A stretch of 64,000 bases of DNA from Nitrospiraceae bacterium (GTDB lineage: Bacteria; Nitrospirota; Nitrospiria; Nitrospirales; Nitrospiraceae). Made by a program: the position numbers and the translations under genes. The first letter of the stretch is position 1. Every line of letters begins with the position of its first letter. The stretch spans positions 64,001 to 128,000 of the forward strand of contig JBFWWG010000004.1 of the NCBI GenBank assembly GCA_050246315.1, written 5' to 3'. Positions 57,893 through 64,000 of the stretch are shown here, piece by piece. The notes below the pieces were generated by a model. It was given only the letters and a program-made list of their open reading frames with translations, made no database searches and had not been told where the DNA came from.

Positions 57893-59413
57893 TTACTTCG
57901 GGTTTACGGCGACGAACAGTGTGTTTCCCTGCCGGCTCAACAACAGGACAACCGGCTCATCCTTCTTGACCTTGGCCGACGCCTTACCATAGTCCTCGAC
58001 GGTTTTTATCGGCTCCCGATTCACTTCCTGGATCACATCGCCCCGTTGCAAACCCGCCGCTTCCGCCGCCGTCCCTGATTCGACCGAGCTGATCAAGACG
58101 CCGGCGGTCTTCGCAGAAAGGTTAAACTGATTGAGCATCGCGGCATCCAGCGGCTGCACGCGCAGCGCCGCCAGCACGTTGTCGGGCAGCTTCGCCGGTT
58201 CCGGGGCTGCCGGAGGGGCCGGCTCTCTCCGCGCCAGCATTTCATCCGAGGGCCGCTCGGCGACCTTGACGTTGAGCACCTGCTCCTTTCCGTCCCTCAA
58301 AATCTTGATCTCGGCATCCCGCCCCACGATCGTTCGGGCGACCAGGTTTCGAAGCTGACTCACACTCTGCACCTCTTTTCCATTGAATGCCACGACGACA
58401 TCGCCGCGCTTGATGCCGGCCGCGAAAGACGGCCCATTCTCGTTCACGTCGCTGATCAGCACTCCTTTGCGATTCTCCGGAATCTTGAACGACTTGGCCA
58501 ATGCCGGCGTGATTTCTTGGATGGCGACTCCCATCCAACCTCGCACCACCTTGCCGGAACGCGCCAAACTGTCCACGATATCAACCGCGATCGTGCTCGG
58601 AATGGCAAACCCGATTCCCTCGGAACCGCCGGTGCGTGAGAAGATCGCGGTGTTGATGCCGATCAACTCCCCCTCCATATTCACCAGGGCGCCCCCGGAG
58701 TTGCCGGGATTGATCGCGGCATCGGTCTGGATAAAATCCTCGTAATCCGCGATACCGACGTTGCCGCGACCCAACGCACTGATGATGCCCAGCGTGACGG
58801 TGCTGCTCAATCCGAAGGGGCTCCCGACAGCCAGCACGACGTCTCCGACCTGCAACTTGTCATAATCCGCCCATTTCAAAGGCATCGGCAAATTGGTCGC
58901 CTCGATCTTGATGACGGCCAGATCGGACTTTGGATCGGTCCCGATCACCTTCCCCGGAAACTCACGCTTGTCGCTCAACGTGACCGTAATTTGCGAGGCG
59001 TTTTCCACCACATGGTTGTTGGTGACAATATGCCCGGCCGCATCAATGATGACGCCGGACCCTGCGCTCTGCTCCGGCCGGCCGTGGGGACCTGGAGTGG
59101 GCGGACCGGGCGGTTCCATTCCTGGCGGCTCTTCTCCGGGCGGTCCCCCCGGAGGTCCGCCGAATGGGCCAGGCGGAATCTGCCGGCGCCCTTCTCGCCG
59201 CCCTTCTCCCCCAGTCACCGCAATGTTGACGACCGCCGGGGTCACCTTTCTGACGATTTCGGAAAACCCTTGGGAGAACGCGGCGGGCACGGCGGCCTGT
59301 CCGGTCGGAACCCCAATGGTTCCGAATCCCGTTATGAGCACTAGCCCCGCCAGAGCCACCCCGCCAACCCACCATCCGATCATTCCCCTCGTTGCCGTCC
59401 GTCCAATCTTCAT
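57893..59413 (-). CDS. HtrA/DegP-DegQ serine protease with 2 PDZ domains
   Basis: [26 protein letters not shown], two PDZ domains; start 59413 (GGAGG). Confidence 0.95.
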   Translation of the reverse strand: MKIGRTATRGMIGWWVGGVALAGLVLITGFGTIGVPTGQAAVPAAFSQGFSEIVRKVTPAVVNIAVTGGEGRREGRRQIPPGPFGGPPGGPPGEEPPGMEPPGPPTPGPHGRPEQSAGSGVIIDAAGHIVTNNHVVENASQITVTLSDKREFPGKVIGTDPKSDLAVIKIEATNLPMPLKWADYDKLQVGDVVLAVGSPFGLSSTVTLGIISALGRGNVGIADYEDFIQTDAAINPGNSGGALVNMEGELIGINTAIFSRTGGSEGIGFAIPSTIAVDIVDSLARSGKVVRGWMGVAIQEITPALAKSFKIPENRKGVLISDVNENGPSFAAGIKRGDVVVAFNGKEVQSVSQLRNLVARTIVGRDAEIKILRDGKEQVLNVKVAERPSDEMLARREPAPPAAPEPAKLPDNVLAALRVQPLDAAMLNQFNLSAKTAGVLISSVESGTAAEAAGLQRGDVIQEVNREPIKTVEDYGKASAKVKKDEPVVLLLSRQGNTLFVAVNPK

Positions 59414-59871
59414 TGGTCCTCCCATAACGTGTGAACCATTCGCCCCAGAGACAACCCTTCGACTCGACGCCGAGCCCGCGCAACCGCGGACGAGCATACC
59501 CCTTCAAGGGTGGTATGAGGTCAACGCATTCTACAACAAGAGAAAAGTCCTCTTCAAAGAGGAAAAGTCCGTACGTTGACGGTGGTCGCTGCCAAGACAG
59601 GACGATGCTGAGCGAAACCGTCGTCGGTCGTCGTCAGACCCCGCTAGCGCAAGGCTACGGCTGCTTCGGGACGGTGTGAGGGAGGAGGCGAAAATCGCGG
59701 AGGGGAGTGCAGCATGGGAGCGGCGCGTTCCAAGTGCCGCGATTTCTGGGTCTGACCGAGGTCCTCTCTGGACTTTGCGCAACGGACTGCCCGTAAGGCC
59801 GTACCCCTCGTCCGCACCGCTAAAGCCGGCGGAAGGATTAAGATGGGAGGGTTTTTGATCACCTAACCGGA

Positions 59872-60669
59872 TCAGACCTTGACCAGGATGCCGTGGTGCC
59901 CCATAGGAACTCTGGAAAAACGATCGGGAGGCAGCACCGCCGAAGCCGACAATGTCTGCGAACCTGATAGGTGCGAAGGTGGCGCCATCAAGGTGCGGGA
60001 GTAGAGCGCCGCCGCCTGGCTGCGGCGGGAAATATTCAGCTTCTTATACATGCTCACCAGGTAGTTTTTGACCGTCTTGTCGCTGAGCTTCATCTCCCGC
60101 GCAATTTCTTTGTTGGTGAGCCCCTGGGCAACCAGCGGGAGCAACCGCCTCTCCTGAGCCGATAACGGGGTACGTCGCCTTCCTGATTCTCTGGTTTCAC
60201 GGATCATGCCGAACAATGTGCCGGTCAACCGAGGATCGATGATACTGTCGCCTGAAGCAACGATTCGAACTGCGCGGACCAATTCTTCGGATGAGATATT
60301 CTTCAGCAGGCAGCCGTGTATACCGGCCCGCACGATCGCCGCCAAGGTCGCTTCCTCAAACGTAAGGGCAAAAAATAAGATCCTCGTCCCGGGATGGCGG
60401 GTGAGCGTGTCATTGACCTCGTCGAGCAATCCCGGGTGGGACACCGAAATGTCCATAATGACAACATCGGGATGGAGACGAGCGAGTTTGGGGACAGCCT
60501 CCTCCCAAGTAACCGCCTCATCCGACACGACAATGTCCTGATATCGGTCGAACACGCTGCGCATGCCGATCCGTTCAAGTTCCAACGGATCGACGATGAG
60601 GATTTTGACCCGTTTCAGGCCGTCGACATCCCTGTCATCTGCCGGGGCATGGTGAAGACGTGTGCGCAT
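59872..60669 (-). CDS. NarL/LuxR-family response regulator
   Basis: REC-like domain plus LSAQE...GLTNKEIA...TVKNY HTH; start moved to 60669 (AAGGAG). Confidence 0.9.
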   Translation of the reverse strand: MRTRLHHAPADDRDVDGLKRVKILIVDPLELERIGMRSVFDRYQDIVVSDEAVTWEEAVPKLARLHPDVVIMDISVSHPGLLDEVNDTLTRHPGTRILFFALTFEEATLAAIVRAGIHGCLLKNISSEELVRAVRIVASGDSIIDPRLTGTLFGMIRETRESGRRRTPLSAQERRLLPLVAQGLTNKEIAREMKLSDKTVKNYLVSMYKKLNISRRSQAAALYSRTLMAPPSHLSGSQTLSASAVLPPDRFSRVPMGHHGILVKV

Positions 60670-60707
60670 AGGACTCCTTCCTGGTTCCTCAAACTGAGTC
60701 TGCTTAA

Positions 60708-60722
60708 GCATATGTCATGCCA
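60708..60722 (-). promoter_or_regulatory. Putative sigma54 promoter of the LuxR regulator
   Basis: TGGCATGACATATGC (GG-N10-GC), about 40 nt upstream of ATG 60669; AT-rich tract upstream. Confidence 0.55.
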
Positions 60723-60950
60723 CAACCTCAATCGATTTCGCGAGATTTTTCATCAAATGAGACATCGGAAGAATTTGATATTTCACGCTTTCTGTATGCG
60801 TCGCGACAGCCCAAACTCTTGGGTTGGGCGAATAGCTTGGTGAACCTGGGGCAAAAACCCTTATGCTATGGTGCGGCCACCATGGTGGCCGCACCCTCAC
60901 TTGTCACATTCATATCCACTCCCCAGCCACGACTGAAGATGAGAACCTCG

Positions 60951-62384
60951 TCACAGCTTGGGTGCCCGCAGTCCCCAACGCTGAAGTTTCATATGGAGCG
61001 CCTTATAATCGATTCTCAGACGACGGGCGGCTTCAGCCTTATTCCACCCGGTCTCTTCCAAGACTTGCATCACCGCGGCGCGCTGCGCCTCCTCCGCCGC
61101 GCAGCGCCCGATTTCAGCGAGCGTGCGATCGCCGATCGGCCGATGATACCCTCGTCCCGTCAGTCGTGCCTCTGATTCGCCCGACGATTCGCCGACCTTG
61201 GCCAGTCCACGGACCGCCGCGGGCAGATGCGGCGGGCGAATGATCCGGTCGGCCAGAATCACTGCGGCCCGGATCGAGTTTTCCAATTCACGGACATTCC
61301 CGGGCCACTGATGGTTTTCCAGCAGTCGTAAGGCATCCGTCGAAATGCCCTGCACTCTCGTCTTGTATGTCCGGTTCGCTTCCATCAGGATCACATGGGC
61401 CAGCAACGGAATGTCCTCTCTCCGCTCACGGAGGGGAGGCACCCGGATCGTCACGGTGTTGAGGCGAAAGTACAGATCTCGCCGGAATGTCCCGTGCTCC
61501 ACCATCTCGTCGAGATTGGCGTTGGTCGCCGCCAGAATCCGGACATCGGCCTGGATGGTGTGCCGTCCGCCAAGACGGTCGAATTCCTTGAATTGCAGCA
61601 CGCGCAGGAACTTGGCTTGAACGGCCAGCGGCAGATTGCCCACTTCGTCAAGCAGCAACGTCCCGCTTTCGGCACGCTCGATCCGCCCGGGCCGCGTCTG
61701 TGTGGCGCCGGTGAAGGCACCGGCTTCATGGCCGAACAACTCCGACTCGACCAGATCCTGCGGAATGGCCCCGCAGTCCAGCGGTAGAAATGGTGCCTGA
61801 CGCCGGGTGCTTAATCCGTGCAGGACCTGCGCAACCAATTCCTTTCCGGTCCCGCTCTCTCCGAGAATCAGTACAGGCACGTCGTATGATGAAACCCGCT
61901 TAACGTGCTCGATCATGTCGAGTATGGCCGGACTCATCCCCACGATGGCGCTCAACGCAGACGGCTTCACCCCGTCGCCCGATAAGGTCGCCACCTCGTG
62001 CGTCAGTTCCTGGAGTCGGAGACAATTCCTGATCGTGATCCCTAGTTTGGGAAGGGTCACCGGTTTGGTGACATAGTCGAATGCGCCAGCCTGCACCGCT
62101 TCTTCGGCGTCCTTTTGACTCACAAATCCGGACAACATGATGACTCGGTAGGGACCCAATTCTGGAAGCAGTTGCGACTTGAGCAAATCAAGGCCCGTCC
62201 CATCGGACAGGCGCATGTCGAGGAGCACCAAGTCCGGATGATCACGGCGGACGATCGCCGCCGCCGCCTGCGCGCTGTTGGCAGTCGCGGGTTCATACCC
62301 TTCTTCCTTGAGATAGCCTTCCAGCATCCCCAGAATAAGAGGATCGTCATCGACAACGAGGACGCGGGCGCCGCTGGTCGGCAT
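60951..62384 (-). CDS. sigma54-dependent response regulator
   Basis: REC, GESGTGKE, GAFTGA, WPGNVRELEN, HTH. Confidence 0.95.
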   Translation of the reverse strand: MPTSGARVLVVDDDPLILGMLEGYLKEEGYEPATANSAQAAAAIVRRDHPDLVLLDMRLSDGTGLDLLKSQLLPELGPYRVIMLSGFVSQKDAEEAVQAGAFDYVTKPVTLPKLGITIRNCLRLQELTHEVATLSGDGVKPSALSAIVGMSPAILDMIEHVKRVSSYDVPVLILGESGTGKELVAQVLHGLSTRRQAPFLPLDCGAIPQDLVESELFGHEAGAFTGATQTRPGRIERAESGTLLLDEVGNLPLAVQAKFLRVLQFKEFDRLGGRHTIQADVRILAATNANLDEMVEHGTFRRDLYFRLNTVTIRVPPLRERREDIPLLAHVILMEANRTYKTRVQGISTDALRLLENHQWPGNVRELENSIRAAVILADRIIRPPHLPAAVRGLAKVGESSGESEARLTGRGYHRPIGDRTLAEIGRCAAEEAQRAAVMQVLEETGWNKAEAARRLRIDYKALHMKLQRWGLRAPKL

Positions 62385-62387
62385 GAG

Positions 62388-64000
62388 TTACGGCTCCTGC
62401 GGATGCGGGCGCCCACGTTTCCGAACCCGGTCGGTCGTGGACGGATCGGAACAAGACGGACTCGAGTCGGGCATTGCAACCGCGGGCAGCCGGACGGTGA
62501 AGCTGGCACCCTCTCCTGGACGGCTTTCGCAGCCGATCGTGCCGCACAGTTCGGACACGATCCGATAACAAATGGCCAAGCCAAGGCCCGTGCCTTCTCC
62601 GACCGGTTTAGTCGTATAGAACGGATCGAAAATATGCGGGAGATGCTCGGCTGGGATGCCGGTGCCGTTGTCCTGAATACGACAGACCACGACACGGACA
62701 CCCTGGTGCTCTTCTTTCGACAAGCCCACGCGGATCACACCCCTGCAGCCGACCAGATCGATAGCCTGCCGCGCGTTGGTAAGCAGATTAAGCAGGACCT
62801 GCAACATGGATTGGGGATCCGCAGACACCACCGGAAGCTCGGGCTCGAACTCCATCTCTACACGGATCTGACGCGACCGCAGGTCCGTCCGGACCAGGAA
62901 AAGCGCCTGCCGCACGATGCTTTCCAGATTACAAAGCTCCCGGCGCCCGGTTGATGAATGCGCACCGCTCAAGAAATGGTTGACGATGGTCGTCGCGCGC
63001 GCGGCGGCCTCCTGCGCAGCGCCTAATTCCTGGCGCACGGCCTTCACTTGGTTTTTCTCCAGCTTGCGCTCGATCAGATGCAAATGCCCCGTAATCACAA
63101 ACAGCGGGTTATTCAATTCGTGCGCCACACCCGCGACAATGGTTCCCAGTGTGGCCAGGCGATCGGCATGGCGGAGACGTCGCTCCAGCAGCCTCCGTTC
63201 GGTCACATCCGTCAGCAAGCCCAAATACCCGATCGGCTTCCCCTCACTGTCCGTCAGCGCCCGCACCCAACAGGCCAGCTCCAGCACCTTCCCGTCTCGG
63301 CGTTTGCCGACCACATGAATGTCCCTGACCGCCTCCTCCCGTGCCGCCTCCTCCCAGATCGCCCGCGACTCGTTTTCCAAATTGGCAGGCACATAGGGAA
63401 GCGGACGACCGATGACCTCGTGCGCACTCCACCCGAACATCGCTTCCGCCGCCATATTCCAGGATGCCACCTTGCCATCATTGTCCCGCATGATGATCGC
63501 GAGCGGCGAGGCATCCACCAACGTCTGGAGCAACTGGGTCGTCGCCTTGAGCGCCTGCTCCGCCCGCTTCTGCTCGGTGATGTCTCTCGCAATGCCGACC
63601 AGCAACGTCACCGCTCCACGATCGTCCGTGGCTCGCTGTCTGCGATCGTGAATCCAGCGTTCCGTTCCGTCCGGGTTGACGATGCGATATTCCACATCGT
63701 AGGACGGCGATCCCGCCATCCACCGCTCGAAGGCCTGCTGCGCTCGATCCCGATCGACCGGATGGACGGCCGAGAGCCACTGGCGTGGGTCGCGATAATG
63801 TTCCGCCGCGGGACGGCCCCACAGCCGTTCGAACGCATCATTGATATAGACGAGCCGAAGCGGGTTCGGGCTCATGATCCAAAACACATCGTTGACCGTG
63901 TCCGCAAACGTCCGAAACCGCGATTCACTCGCCCGCAGCGCCTGTTCCGCCCGTTGGCGCTCCAGCTCGGCCGCGGCGCGACTGGCAAAAATCGCTAACA
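62388..64000 (-). CDS. PAS-domain sensor histidine kinase (5' end outside window)
   Basis: Two PAS/PAC domains, AHELNNPL, GTGLGL; frame stays open to the window edge. Confidence 0.92.
   Translation of the reverse strand, partial: LAIFASRAAAELERQRAEQALRASESRFRTFADTVNDVFWIMSPNPLRLVYINDAFERLWGRPAAEHYRDPRQWLSAVHPVDRDRAQQAFERWMAGSPSYDVEYRIVNPDGTERWIHDRRQRATDDRGAVTLLVGIARDITEQKRAEQALKATTQLLQTLVDASPLAIIMRDNDGKVASWNMAAEAMFGWSAHEVIGRPLPYVPANLENESRAIWEEAAREEAVRDIHVVGKRRDGKVLELACWVRALTDSEGKPIGYLGLLTDVTERRLLERRLRHADRLATLGTIVAGVAHELNNPLFVITGHLHLIERKLEKNQVKAVRQELGAAQEAAARATTIVNHFLSGAHSSTGRRELCNLESIVRQALFLVRTDLRSRQIRVEMEFEPELPVVSADPQSMLQVLLNLLTNARQAIDLVGCRGVIRVGLSKEEHQGVRVVVCRIQDNGTGIPAEHLPHIFDPFYTTKPVGEGTGLGLAICYRIVSELCGTIGCESRPGEGASFTVRLPAVAMPDSSPSCSDPSTTDRVRKRGRPHPQEP

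Noticed and set aside
59080..59200. Pro/Gly-rich repeats in the HtrA gene as a repeat element
   Set aside because: In-frame low-complexity linker at the normally variable HtrA loop.
59500..59870. ncRNA or tRNA upstream of htrA
   Set aside because: Only short hairpins; no cloverleaf or recognisable family.

Overview
GC-rich bacterial chromosomal window whose gene content and order resemble a Nitrospira (Nitrospirota, nitrite oxidizer) genome; this is inferred from gene families, not from a database search. Most genes are on the minus strand. Left to right: (i) truncated TorD/DmsD/NarJ-type molybdoenzyme chaperone, NapF/NapG-like 4Fe-4S protein, HExxH/Zn-ribbon hypothetical, WD40 protein, PAS/HAMP kinase plus a sigma54 regulator; (ii) secF, secD, yajC, tgt, argS, a GT9 glycosyltransferase and mobA; (iii) a ~25 kb respiratory/metalloprotein cluster (16.6-41.3 kb) with an NxrC-like diheme-c/EB_dh protein, two membrane cytochromes c, two CydA-like ('bd-like') paralogs without cydB, three small membrane proteins (two missing from the ORF track), two Cys-less FGE-fold proteins, DUF3047, PCP_red, DUF420/CtaM, a methyltransferase, three exported proteins with amicyanin-type C-x2-H-x2-M motifs, a HEAT protein and a 1623-aa MnxG-like multicopper oxidase; (iv) KimA-like permease, Ig/PKD protein, a doubly inactivated PIN toxin-antitoxin pair, an orphan aKG-HExxH enzyme, a small Zn-finger protein, RqcH/NFACT and an orphan Tat-exported binding protein; (v) a degP-tatC-mogA-mrp-moeA-mobB-hexaheme cytochrome-ABC cluster; (vi) a kinase/sigma54 regulator/LuxR regulator module. 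No rRNA, tRNA, CRISPR array or intact transposase was seen. The most notable signal is the cluster in (iii), whose core operon has a perfect-consensus sigma70 promoter lying inside two overlapping antisense reading frames.
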